From: Hydrolagus colliei | Lineage: Eukaryota | Length of the DNA: 64,000 nt | Assembly: GCA_035084275.1 (NCBI GenBank) | Contig: CM068742.1 | Coordinates: forward strand, 154,628,001 to 154,692,000 | Direction: 5' to 3' | Shown here: positions 11,555 to 23,800 of the stretch, in pieces | How the letters are laid out: each line of letters begins with the position of its first letter | Position numbering within the stretch: the first letter of the stretch is position 1 | Notes under the pieces: model-generated | Told to the model about the DNA's origin: nothing | Database searches by the model: none | The model's input: the letters and a program-made list of their open reading frames with translations, nothing else | Made by a program: the position numbers and the translations under genes

Positions 11555-11986
11555 GTGTGTTGCCTACCAGGTGCCAGGGTTGAAGACTTGACTGAGCGGG
11601 TCCAGGAAATTCTGCAAGGGGAAGGGGAAAATCCACTTGTGGTGGTCCATGTTGGGACCCATGAAGTTGAGAGGAAAAGACCTGAGATGCTCCAGGGAGA
11701 GTACCAGAGACTAGGGAGTAAACTGAAAAGTGGAACTTCGAGAGTGGTGATCTCTGGGTTGCTTCCAGTGCCTCGAGCAAGCCAGTTCCAGAATGCTAGA
11801 ATAAGGCACATCAATGCATGGCTGGAGAAGTGGTGTAGGAAGGAGGGTTTCTGGTTCCTAGACCATTGGGACCAATTCTGGGGTAGGTGGAACCAGTACA
11901 AATTGGATGGGTTACACCTGAACAGGGCTGGAACCAATCTCCTTGCAGGAAGGTTGTTGAGTTTTGTGGGGGGGGCTTTAAACTAA
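11555..11986 (+). CDS. CR1 ORF1 C-terminal SGNH esterase-like domain (partial)
   Basis: CCLPGARV...VVVHVGTH...VVISGLLP...DGLHLN, typical of vertebrate CR1 ORF1. Confidence 0.85.
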   Translation: MCCLPGARVEDLTERVQEILQGEGENPLVVVHVGTHEVERKRPEMLQGEYQRLGSKLKSGTSRVVISGLLPVPRASQFQNARIRHINAWLEKWCRKEGFWFLDHWDQFWGRWNQYKLDGLHLNRAGTNLLAGRLLSFVGGALN

Positions 11987-12091
11987 TCCCGGGGGGTGAG
12001 GGTGGGAAACTGATCAGTAGTTCAAATACGGGAGGGGTAATAAGGAGGACAGGAGAAAAATGCAGAGGAAGTAATTTGTGCCTTAGAGTGC

Positions 12092-14794
12092 ATGTATGTA
12101 AATGCACGAAGTTTGAGAAATAAAATTGGTGAGCTGCAGGCTCAGGTTGCTGTGAGGCGATATGATGTTATAGCAGTAACAGAGACTTGGCTCCAGCATG
12201 GGCAGGAATGGGAGTTGAACATTCCTGGTTATAATGTATTCAGGAGGGATAGAGAAGGGAGAAAAGGGGGCGGGGTGGCAATTTTAGTTAAGGACTCAGT
12301 GACTGCCTTAGAAAGGAACGAGGTGGAAGAAGGACTAAAAACCGAATCTATCTGGTTAGAATTGAGGAATAAAAAAGGTACAGTTACACTGTTAGGGGTA
12401 TACTATAGACCACCAAATAGTGGGGAGGAGATAGACAAGCAGATCTGCAAGCGTATCACGGAGAAATGCAGAGCTAATAGAGTAGTGATAATGGGTGACT
12501 TCAACTATCCCAACATAGACTGGCAGAATAGTAGAGTAAAGGGCAAGGAGGGAGAAGAATTCCTGAAGTGTGTGCAGGACAACTTTCTTGATCAGTATGT
12601 TTCCAGTCCAACGAGGAAAGAAGCATTGCTGGATCTAGTTTTGGGAAATGAGGTAGGGCAAGTTCAACAGGTTTCTGTAGGTGAGCATCTAGGGAATAGT
12701 GACCACAATATCGTTAGATTCAGAATCATTATGGAAAGGGATAAGGAACGATCACAGGTGAGGACACTCAACTGGAAAAGGGCTAATTTCAATGAGTTGA
12801 GGTGGGACCTAGCCAAGGTGGATTGGAAAGAAAAATTGGCAGGTAAGACAACTAACGAGCAGTGGGCAGCGTTCAAAGAGGAGATAGTTCAGGCACAGGT
12901 CAAAAGCATCCCCACAAAGGTGAAATGTAAGGCATCCAAACCTCCCTGGATGACTAAGGAAATCGGGGCCAAAATCAAACAAAAAAAAGAGGCTTATGAT
13001 AAGTGTCAGGCTCAAAATTCAGAAGGGAACCAAGCAGAATATAGGAAGTGTAGGATAGAACTAAAAAAGGAAGTTAGAGGGGCAAAGAGACTGCATGAAA
13101 AACAATTAGCGAGTAAGATTAAGGGGAACCCTAAGGTTTTTTACCAACATATTAAGAGTAAAAGGTTGGTCAAGGAGAGGGTGGGGCCAATTAGGGACCT
13201 AGGAGGAAATCTCATTGTGGAGGCAGAGGGCATGGCTGATGTACTGAATGAGTACTTCGCCTCTGTCTTCACAAAAGAAAATGATACAGCCAATGCCATG
13301 GTATTAGAGGAGAGGGTAGGAGAAATGGATAGAATAATTATAACCAGAGAGGAAGTGCTAAAAAGGTTGACGTCGCTCAAGGTGGATAAGTCACCTGGTC
13401 CGGATGGGATGCACCCTAGGTTACTAAGTGAGGCACGGGAGCAAATAGCAGGGACTCTGGCCACGATCTTTCAATCTTCCTTGGACACAGGGGTCGTGCC
13501 AGAGGACTGGAGGATAGCTAATGTTACTCCCTTGTATAAAAAGGGGCAGAAGGACAAGCCTGGTAACTACAGACTAGTCAGTCTAACGTCGGTAGTGGGC
13601 AAACTTCTAGAGTCCATAATCAGGGACAAGGTAGATCTTCACTTAGAAAGATATAGGCTAATAAAGGACAGTCAACATGGATTTGTTAAAGGCAAATCTT
13701 GCCTTACAAATCTGATAGAATTTTTTGATGAGGTAACGGAATGGGTGGATAATGGTAGCGCAGTTGATGTAGTTTACATGGACTTTCAAAAGGCATTTGA
13801 CAAAGTGCCACATGAGAGACTTATTATGAAATTAAAGGCCCATGGCGTAAAAGGGACAGTGGCAGCGTGGATCCACAACTGGCTGCGAGACAGAAAGCAG
13901 AGAGTTGTAGTGAGCGGCTGTTTTTCAGATTGGAGGGAAGTGAGCAGTGGTGTGCCACAGGGATCGGTTTTGGGACCATTGCTGTTTGTAATCTACATCA
14001 ATGATCTGGACTTGGGTGTACGGAGTACAGTTTCCAAGTTTGCAGATGACACTAAGTTAGGGAGAATAGTAAACAGTGAGGAGGATAGTAGCCATCTGAA
14101 AGAGGATATAGACAAATTGGTAAAGTGGGCAGACACATGGCAGATGAAGTTTAATGCAGAGAAGTGTGAGGTGATGCATTTTGGGAGAAGAAATGAAGGG
14201 AGGCAATATAGGCTAGATAGTACAATTTTAAATGGTGTGAAGGAACAGAGAGACCTGGGGATTTGTGTTAGTGACTCGTTGAAGGTGGCAGGACAGGTAG
14301 ACAAGGCTGTTAAGAAGGCTTATGGGATACTAGGCTTTATAAATAGGGGTATAGAGTACAAAAGTCAGGAAGTGCTGACTAACCTCTATAGGACTTTGGT
14401 GAGGCCTCAGCTGGAATACTGTGTTCAATTCTGGTCACCACACTACAGAAAGGATGTGAAGGCATTGGAAAGGGTACAACGAAGATTTACTAGGATGGTG
14501 CCAGGATTGAGGGACTTCAGCTATGAGGAGAGGCTAGATAGGCTAGGGTTATTCTCTCTGGAGCAGAGAAGATTGAGGGGAGACCTAATAGAGGTTTATA
14601 AGACCATGAGGGGTTTCGACAGGGCAAATAGAGAAAAACTATTTCCACTCGTGGGTGAATCTGTGACTCGTGGTCACAGATTTAAAATAGTTTCAAGGCG
14701 CAGTAGAGGGGAGCTGAGGAGAATTTTTTCACTCAGCGAGTTGTTCGAATCTGGAATGCATTGCCTGAAAAGGTGGTGGAGGCTGATTCGATAA
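12092..14794 (+). CDS. CR1 ORF2: AP endonuclease + reverse transcriptase; 1-bp deletion near the C-terminus
   Basis: YVNARSL, VTETW, MGDFNYP, SDHN (APE); [33 protein letters not shown] (RT). At ~14725 gagaattttttc lacks a base relative to gagaaatgttttc in the 9109 fragment, shifting the last ~20 codons. Confidence 0.95.
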   Translation: MYVNARSLRNKIGELQAQVAVRRYDVIAVTETWLQHGQEWELNIPGYNVFRRDREGRKGGGVAILVKDSVTALERNEVEEGLKTESIWLELRNKKGTVTLLGVYYRPPNSGEEIDKQICKRITEKCRANRVVIMGDFNYPNIDWQNSRVKGKEGEEFLKCVQDNFLDQYVSSPTRKEALLDLVLGNEVGQVQQVSVGEHLGNSDHNIVRFRIIMERDKERSQVRTLNWKRANFNELRWDLAKVDWKEKLAGKTTNEQWAAFKEEIVQAQVKSIPTKVKCKASKPPWMTKEIGAKIKQKKEAYDKCQAQNSEGNQAEYRKCRIELKKEVRGAKRLHEKQLASKIKGNPKVFYQHIKSKRLVKERVGPIRDLGGNLIVEAEGMADVLNEYFASVFTKENDTANAMVLEERVGEMDRIIITREEVLKRLTSLKVDKSPGPDGMHPRLLSEAREQIAGTLATIFQSSLDTGVVPEDWRIANVTPLYKKGQKDKPGNYRLVSLTSVVGKLLESIIRDKVDLHLERYRLIKDSQHGFVKGKSCLTNLIEFFDEVTEWVDNGSAVDVVYMDFQKAFDKVPHERLIMKLKAHGVKGTVAAWIHNWLRDRKQRVVVSGCFSDWREVSSGVPQGSVLGPLLFVIYINDLDLGVRSTVSKFADDTKLGRIVNSEEDSSHLKEDIDKLVKWADTWQMKFNAEKCEVMHFGRRNEGRQYRLDSTILNGVKEQRDLGICVSDSLKVAGQVDKAVKKAYGILGFINRGIEYKSQEVLTNLYRTLVRPQLEYCVQFWSPHYRKDVKALERVQRRFTRMVPGLRDFSYEERLDRLGLFSLEQRRLRGDLIEVYKTMRGFDRANREKLFPLVGESVTRGHRFKIVSRRSRGELRRIFSLSELFESGMHCLKRWWRLIR

Positions 14795-15448
14795 CAACTT
14801 TTAAAAGGGAATTAGATCTTTATTTAGGGAGAACGGGTCTATTAGGCTATGGGGAGCGGGCAGGGCAATGGGATTGAATCGCTCTTTTCAAAGAGCCGGC
14901 ACAGACTAGATGGGCCGAATGGCCTCCTTTTGTGCCGTAAAATTCTATGATTCTATGATTCTATGATTCTAATCGAGGATAAGAATTGGGAAAATAGGAA
15001 AATAGGAATAGATTATTTCTGCTGATCAGCCAGTTAGTTACAAGAGGAACATATCTAAAACCACGACAAAAAAGGAACCAAGGGGAGGTTAGAAACCTCG
15101 ACTTTACACAGAAGGGGTGCAATTGTCCAATTAAGTTACAAACAATAATTAAGGCAAAATCCGTCAAGTCTATCAAGGGGTTTGAATAGATGTTTGAAGA
15201 GGAGATACATTAAAAGGTGTGGTGGGAGGGGGAGTGGCCCAACTCCTAGCTCGGGTCCAAATCCTTAATTGTCCAGGGCCTTGGGACATCCTCCCAACAT
15301 GAAAGTGCTGTACAATGTCATGTATTTGGGATATAAAGCTGTGGGCAGTGTAAACGAGTATTAAACTTCACCCAGTGAGTGTAACATGGGGCGGGGGCAG
15401 CGTTAGTGTTGAAACATTGCAGAGGATCAGACAAGGGTCATGTGGGGG

Positions 15449-17699
15449 CAGGGCCTTACGCAGTATGTTTAATGGGGGGGTGCGAATTGCTAGTGATGGG
15501 ACCAACAATGGCCGGGGGCTTGCGGGCTGCCCCTGAAGCCCCCTCGAGGTCTTCGACGTTTTACACAGTTTGAGGTCTTATTTAATCGATTCAGAAGATC
15601 CAATATGAACGGTAAATGTTTCATGCCCTTGGTGTTTAAGAGCATCATTGTTTATTCAGTGTTTTTATTTTCCCCGGTAGTCCGTGTCTAATTGGGAAGG
15701 TCGAATGTGTTCGCCGATAAAAGCCAACACGATTGTTGACTGGATGATGTAAGGAATGCGAACGATAAAGTAAGTTACAATCCAATTAAAACAGTACAAT
15801 GACGAATGCTTGATAAATGTATGCGTATAGAGAAAATGATCATAAACTACAGATTGACGGTAATTAATAAGTTGTTCTGCATTCTTATCCTAAGACTCAA
15901 TTTCTTTCGGACTGTAATGAACAATAATGTAAGAGTAAAGTATGAATTATGTGCTCAGATATTCCAGCAAAGCAAATTTTATAAAAGACAAGAAAATATA
16001 CAGAAACTGAAAATCAGTGTCAAACAGTTAATTCACACGTGTTACAAGCCTGTTATCAGCATTATCCTGAAAATATCGTTGAACTGTGAGCAATAGTGTA
16101 GTTCGTTTTTATTTATTTATTTAGAATCAAAATGAAAGGCAGTGACCCATCAAGCAATACTGACCTGACGAAAAAATACTTGAAAAAATAAGGGAGGGGA
16201 AATTACTTCTTTAATAGCGTTCCGTATTCGAGACGCCTCGGTCGCTTTGAAGCCAATACGTCAACCGCTCTACCAATATCGATTTCCATATTATAATGAA
16301 TGTGCATTAACGCGAGGGCTGAAAGTCGCTCCTATATGGAGCAGAATGCTGGACACTTAGGCAAACCTCGACCAGGAGATTAGGTGACTCGTGAGGTATA
16401 TACGAGGCTTCTAAGAGACGCCCTGAACGTTTACTGGCGACAGCATCTGACAAATAGTGAGCTATATGGTACACTACCACACTGGTATCACAGACATTAC
16501 CGCAGAGGCGTCTTAGATTTAGCGGACATAGCTGGAGAAGCCGGGAGGAAACTGTCCATAGTCCTACTATCCTATGGGAACCATTGCACGGTCACAGAAC
16601 ACGAGGTAGACCGACCCTAACCTACATCGATACTCTGGAGCGCGATTGGGGTATTGGCAGGCGGGAGTTGTCAGGCTGCATGGAGAGAAGGGATCAGTGG
16701 AGAAGTGTGGTTGTCAATGCCCGAGTTCGCTCGATCGGATGACGGTGAAACTATTTTTATGCCAAATTCGTGCGACATTGATGTTTTTTCACTCTGGGAA
16801 CAAAACTGAACGTGAAATAAAGTCGCACTGTTTATCTTTGCGGTCATATGTTGTTTGCATGCCAGTGGACGTCTCTAAAAGCAATTTTTAATTACAGAAT
16901 ACATCTTTAATAATATAAATCAAATGTGATAATCAAGACAAAACAAGAAACGTGATATTTCAGAAACACGCCTATCAAAACTTAAGTCATTTTTACTTAC
17001 ATTTATCAGATTAAAATACGATTTCAGCTTCCACAAAGTGGTGCTACCTTTTTATGTAGTGACTGTATACGGGATGATTTCCAATTGACACACCACGTAG
17101 ACATAGGCGCCAAAGCATAGGCTACGTCCATGAGTATTTTTTTTAAAAGAGAGGCATTCCCGTCCAGACACATATAACTTTTTTGTTAGGTTCTCAAAAG
17201 CTTTAATTTCTCAGAAGCTTGTAAATATGTTGTCATTGTTTGCTAGCGTTACAGTCACACCTCTCAAAACTTGAATAATTTTTACTAACGGTGATCAGAT
17301 GAAAAGATGATTTTAACTCCAGAATTGGTGCTGCCCTTTGTGGCTGTTTACCGGATGATTTCCAAACGAGGATTTGAGTCTTGCCGCCTATGTTTATCCA
17401 ATCACGAGTCACAGACTCGCCGCGTCATGGACTGGTCTATCGACGCGGTATGTTTTGGGGTAGACGCCGATTCTGGTGCGCGACTCGATAATTTTATATG
17501 AATACTAAATCATTCAAAGATGTGAGTTTATAATTTATACATAGTTTTGAAGAACTGATTGTTACTGAAATGTTCAATAAATTTACTTGGTATTTAAATT
17601 TGATAAAAAACTACAATTCTCTACCCCGGAAAATGTGGACCTTTTATAATTTGGGGGGGTGCGTACTCACCCATCTCACCCCCCCTGCGTACGGCCTTG
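15449..17699 (-). mobile_element. Non-autonomous hAT (Tip100-like) DNA transposon, copy 1
   Basis: 15-bp imperfect TIRs CAGGGCCTTACGCAG (15449) / CTGCGTACGGCCTTG (17685-17699). It interrupts sequence that is contiguous at ~6900 and ~59760. G-rich flanks (tgtggggg / ggggggg) give only a decayed TSD. Strand follows the transposase remnant in copy 2. Confidence 0.85.
16372..16735 (+). mobile_element. RTE/RTE-X-type LINE 3' coding fragment carried inside the hAT element (also ~38790-39150, ~53195-53540)
   Basis: YTRLLRDALNVYWRQHLTNSELYG ... SGHSWRS ... LWEPLHGHRTRG..LTYIDTLERD ... MERRDQWR resembles the RTE-clade ORF C-terminus (from memory of the family). Confidence 0.65.
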
Positions 17700-17821
17700 G
17701 GGGGGGTGGAGCTCTGGTGGTGACAAGGGAAGTGAGGGGAGGAAGGAAAGAGAGGTGTGACCAGCTGTGTCAGTGCGAGGCAGGCGTGCGAGGGGAAGGA
17801 GTGTGTCCTGAGTGAGGGAAG

Positions 17822-17873
17822 ATGATGCTGGGAGCTGTGCTCTGTGCCCTGGTCCTGTCAGCCTCTGCCTTAC
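17822..17873 (+). CDS. SIGLEC15-like: Gene B exon 1, signal peptide
   Basis: [17 protein letters not shown], donor C|gtacgt. Confidence 0.85.
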
Positions 17874-20800
17874 GTACGTACTTTCCAATCAGTAACTATA
17901 ATAACTGCTCACACGCGATTGTCACCTCAATGCTCGACTCTGGCAACTCCCTCCTTGTCGGCTCCAGCCTCGACGCGGCGACTCATAGCCCGGACACAGG
18001 CAGCCCCGGCCCCACAGCCCCAGCCTCGGCCGCAGCCCCGGCCAGGCTTCAGACCACAGCGCCTCTACATCCCCCAGCCCGGCCTCACATCCCTTGGGAT
18101 GATGCCGCCCCATTGATCCCTCGCTCCTGGTCTCCCGCGTGCGCAATATGGCTGCCACCACGACCCGAGCTTCCCTCCCCCTCCTCAAGCTTCCCCCCCA
18201 GCCCCCCCCCCCCCCCCCCCCTCTCCGTTATTCCTTCTCTACCCTTCTCTCTCTTCGCCCTCCTCGCCTACTGTCCCTGCTCGACCCTCCCCCCGCTTCC
18301 CTCTGTTCCAGTATTGGAATCCTCTGTCGGGCTCACTGTGGCACTTGGCGCTGAGTGTCCAACAGCAGCCACACCAAGTGCCCTGTCCCCCACCATCCCC
18401 GCCAGCCCCACCGGGGGGTCAACCTCTCCTCCCTTATCCAGATCCCCCCCCTCCCCGCCGACCATCCCAGCCCCCCCTCACACCCCTCGGCCAACTGCTC
18501 TTTCCGCATCGGCCTCCAAAATGTCCGCTCTGTCTGCAACAAGGCCCTGTCCATCAACGATCTCATCCTTGGTGAGAACGTTGACATCATGGCCCTGACG
18601 GAGACTTGGATCACCCCAGGCCACACTTTCCCCCTCGTTGAAGCCACACCACCCAACTACACATTCCACCATGGTCCTCGACCCAACCGTCGTGGCGGTG
18701 GCGTGGCCCTCATCTCAAAGTCATCCCTCGCCCTATCCCCCTATTCCTCCGGCTCCTTCCCCTCTTTTGAACATCTCACCCTTTCTCACTCCTCCCACAG
18801 TTCTTTCAAAATCCTATTAGTTTATCGCCCCCCCAAACCCTCCCCCACTTTCATTTCAGACTTTTCTTCACTATTAGTTTCCCTTTGTGCCTCCTCTGAT
18901 CGCCTTATTATTCTTGGCGATTTCAACCTCCATTTCACCCCCTCCTGCCCCATTTCCTCTGAATTTTCCTCTTTACTTTCGTCTTTCAACTTCTCCCTTC
19001 ATATCAACACTGCCACCCACACCCACGGCCATCCTCTCGATCTGGTGATCACCCGAGGCCTCAACGTCTCTGGCGTCACCATCACAGACAAGGCCATTTC
19101 TGACCATTTTTTCATTTCCTGCAACACCTCTATCCCTCCCCCCTCCACTTCCAAACCCACCACCATCTTCTACCGGCCCTGGAAGAAGATTCCCCCTCAA
19201 ACTTTCTCCTCTGCCCTAGAAACCTCCGACCTCCTCCCACAATGGCATTCTTTTTGTACAGACCCATCCTCCGCCTCCACCGCCCTCCACAACACCCTCT
19301 CCACTACCCTCGACACCCTGGCCCCCCTCACCTCCAAAACCGTCTCCCATTCCCGATCATCACCGTGGTACACATCTCACCTCCGTTCCCTCAAAAGCCA
19401 AGTGAGAGCAGCTGAACGCACCTGGCTCAAATCTGGCCTCACGGTCCACCGGCAAATCTGGCTGGACCGCATCAAATGTTACCGCTCCACCCTAGCCACC
19501 GCCAAATCAGCCTTCTACTCCAGGATAATCCTGGAAGCGAAGGACAACCACCGCCTCCTCTTCGCCACCACCAACCAGCTCCTCCGCCCCCCCCGCCTCA
19601 CCTCGCAGATCCTCTCCTCAAACGTTCGTTGTGAGGAGATGCTGGATTTCCTCAAATCCAAAATTGAGAAAATCCGCTCTGCGGTATCCTCCCCTCACCA
19701 CTCCTCCACCTTAGCGCCCTAATCAGCTACCTCAACCCCTACTCACCCCCCATTTCACACTTTCAACCCCACCACCCCGCTTTCAATCACAAAAACAATC
19801 ACTTCCATGAAACCCACCACGTGCTCATTGGACCCCATCCCCACCCCCCTCCTCCGCACCCAGCTCCATTTATTAGCCCCACTCATTTCTGACACCATTA
19901 ACCTTTCCCTCTCCTCAGGCACCGTTCCTACCTCCCTTAAAACAGCCACCATCACCCCTATCCTGAAGAAACCCTCCCTTGATGCGTCGCAACCATCAAG
20001 TTATCGACCCATCTCCAACCTCCCGTTTCTATCCAAGGTCCTTGAAAGAGTGGTTGCCTCCCAGCTCCGCTCTTTCCTTTCAAATCACTCACTTCTTGAA
20101 CCCCTCCAATCAGGTTTCCGCCCTATCCACAGCACAGAAACTGCCCTGGTCAAGGTCACAAATGACATCCTAACCGCCTGTGACCAGGGCTCCCTCTGCC
20201 TCCTCGTCCTCCTTGACCTGTCTGCTGCGTTCGACACAGTCGATCACACCATCCTCCTTTAACGTCTTTCCTCCCACCTCCACCTTCAAGGCACAGTCCT
20301 TGACTGGTTCCACTCTTATTTGACCCATCGTTTACATTTTGTTTCTTCCAATGGCTTTTCTTCAAACCCCCGCACAGTTTCCCATGGCGTCCCTCAGGGC
20401 TCTGTCCTCGGTCCCCTTCTTTTCACCCTTTACACGCTCCCCCTGGGCGACGTCATCCGCAGACATGGGGTAAATTTCCACATGTATGCGGACGACACCC
20501 AGTTGTACCTTTCTGCCTCATCCCTCAACCCCCAGACGATCGATGTTCTGACAGCATGTCAGTCCGACATCGAGTCGTGGACGAGGGACAACTTTTTGCA
20601 ATTGAACGTGAGTAAGACCGAGGCCCTCCTGATTGGCTCAAGCCAGCGCCTCCGCACATCGGGCGCTGCCAGCCTCAACATCCAAGGCTGCACTCTCCAC
20701 CTCACAAAGCCAATCAGGAACCTCGGCATCATGTTCGATCAAAAACTTTCCTTCCTCCTCCACATCCGCGCCTTGACCGGCACCGCCTATTTCCATCTGC

Positions 20801-23800
20801 GCAACATTGCCAGGCTCCGCAACTATCTCACCCCCCGCGCTGCCAAAACACTCGTGCACGCGTACATCACCTCACGGCTGGACTACGGAAACTCTCTCCT
20901 AGTCGGCCTCCCAGTTCCTCCATTCATAGGCTGCAGACCATCCAAAACTCTGCAGCCCGTGTACTATCCCGCACCCGCCTCCGTGACCACATAACCCCCA
21001 CCCTCGCCCGTCTCCACTGGCTCCCCATCCTCCAGAGGATCGAATTTAAGATCCTCGTCCTCACCTACAAGGCCTTGCCCGGCCTTGCCCCATCCTACCT
21101 AACCGATCTACTCTCCCCCTACACGCCCACCCGGACGCTCCCTTGAACAGCACTTGGCCTGCTCCAAGCCCCCCGCCCGAACCGCCCCACCATCGGAGGC
21201 CGGGCCTTCAGTTTCTCCGCTCCCACCTTATGGAATGCCATCCCTCAATCCCTCCGTTTCGCCTCTTCCCTTTCCTCTTTCAAGGCCGATTTAAACTCTT
21301 CGATCGTGCCTTTTGTTCCACCCCGAATTCTTTTACCTCCACTTCGTGTTTCACCCCTTCCCAAACACTCCCCTCCCAGCCCGGGTCACACGCCTCTTGT
21401 TTAGCGCCTTGGGACAACAACAACAATTTACATTTATATAGCACCTTTCACGTCGGGAGGACGTCCCAAGGCGCTAAACGTCCTCCCGACGTGAAAGGCA
21501 CTATATAAATGTAAATTGTTGTTGTTGTTGTCGGCCTCCCCAACTCTTCCCTCCATAAGCTGCAGATAATCCCAAACTTTGCACCTCGTGTCCTCTCCCA
21601 CACCAGGCTCTGTGACCCTGTCACCCCCACCCTCGCCCGTATCCAGTGAGGACATCTCAGAGGATTGAATTCCAGATTCACATACTCATGTACAAGACTC
21701 CCAACCCTCCTACCTCGCTGACCTGCTGATCCCCTCTCCACCTATCTGCTCTCTCCATTCAGCAAGCTCCGGCCTTCTCCATGTATCCCGCCTGACCCGC
21801 CCTTCCAACTTTGGTGGGCTTGCAGACCCTCTGCTCCTATGCTTTTTGGAACTCAATTGAATAATCCCTTCACCTTGCTTCCTTACATGCCTCGTTCAAG
21901 GCTGGTCTCAAGCCCTTCCTTTTTGACTGTCCCTTCAGCTGCTATCCTATCTCATGCCAACCCTGGCCACCCAACCCACCTCCCCCATACTTGAGTCCTG
22001 ACTCCTGACTGTTCAGCGCCTTGGGACGTCCTCCCAACATGAAAGGCGCTCTACACATGTGGTTGTTGTGGTTGTTTACCTTTTAGTGGCATGATTACAT
22101 GTGTAATGATTACAAGTGTGTGTTTGTTAACTCTGCCTCCGTTTGATTTCCCCAATCTCTCTCTGTCTTGTCTGTGTTACTTTTCGCTTGCCACTGGAGC
22201 TCTTTACGCCAAACTGATTCCCAAGTGTCAGTGCTAGTTAAACCGTATCAGTTACCCCCAAACCACATTCTGGGGTCCTCTTGCATCAGACACCTGGGTG
22301 ACAACAAATTATGGTATTTTTATAGTACACCCAGACCACAACAGCGTTTTTCTTTCCACAAGCCACCCATAGTAACCCCTCTGACCTGTCACTCCCCTTC
22401 CCCCTCACTCTTAATATGCCTCCTCTTCTATCCAATTCTCTTTGATAGACTTGACGGATGTTGCATGAAATCCAGTTTGTGGCACATAATTCCACAATTT
22501 CACCCATTATGTGTAAAGACAGCAAAACCAAAGTGTTTCCTTGTTAACTCTCTGCTTCTACTTTACCTAATTTAAGCTCTTCATCATTTCTTTTTTGAGA
22601 TGGTATTAGATGTGTTCTTCTTGAGACAATCTGTCTGGTCTATTTCCGGATCAGCTAAAATTTGTTGCTATTTCCCCTGTTGTGACCCGTTGCGACCTCT
22701 ATCTGGTCACCCCAAACCTTCTCCGTTCTTCAGCCACCAATCTCTCAAATCTCTCTTCAGATCTGAAACCCCTCATCTCTGGGAATGTGCCGATAAACTA
22801 GCATTTTGTTTTCCATTGCTGTTATATCGTTCTTACAGGGAATCCCAAACTGTCTCAAAATTCCAAACCAAGCTCTTGTCCAAGCTCAGTGTTGCCTGTT
22901 TGCTTTTATATTGTGTTCTGGTTCACATTACACCATGTGTGTCCTCACAGGGATCAGTGTGAATAGCTGGACAATGGAGACCCCTGATACAGTGACTGGC
23001 AGGTTAGGGTCACCAGTCATCATGTACTGCAAGTTCACTCACCCTCACCCCAGATACACAGGCAACATCACCATCATGTGGAAGGGAGACCGGGCTGGTC
23101 CTATGTATTTTAATTATACAAACTATAGGCCAGATTCACAGGGAAAGTATCAAAATATCATTGATGTAAACGAGGGAGATCGATATCGAGTGATTGGGAA
23201 CCCGAGGAGGAACGACGCTACAATACAGATAACGCAGCTGAGTGGAGAGGACAATAATAAGAATTTCTCCTGTCGTGTGGAGCTCCAGGGTGAGGATGGA
23301 AAGGTTGAAACTGGCCCCAGAACACGTCTGTATGTTACAGGTGAGGAAAGATGGGAAGTGGGAATGAGATGTGATGATCCTCACTGGTGCCGGAGGGTAT
23401 AGATGTGTGGATCTCACTGGTTTAGATATCCTTAACAATGGTGACAGATTTCTCCATGTATAAGGCAAATGTCTGCCCAAATACAAGAGATTTTCTCCTT
23501 GGGTCATCACCAAAAATCCTCCATGTTTATCAGTCAATCATTTCATAACCATTGAGATCTTTGATCTGAGAAAACTGACAACAAAAGTGTCACTATATTT
23601 ATAGTAACCAATAGAAATAATTATTGTTGTTCAAATTACATCTGATTACATTTTCTTGATATACAGATCAATAGAATACTCTATAAAGTGAATTGACTGT
23701 ATATTTTGTTGGCAAAATATGGTAGCCAATTGCATACAGCAGTTTCCTACAAATACTCGTGGATTGAGTAACCAAAGCTTTGTTTAAGGGATTATTACCG

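Larger units (their letters stand above)
11500..14970 (+). mobile_element. CR1 LINE, 5'-truncated within ORF1, young
   Basis: ORF1 SGNH-esterase C-terminus, 900-aa ORF2, 3' UTR ending in (ATTCTATG)n at ~14942-14970. 5' boundary approximate. Confidence 0.95.
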
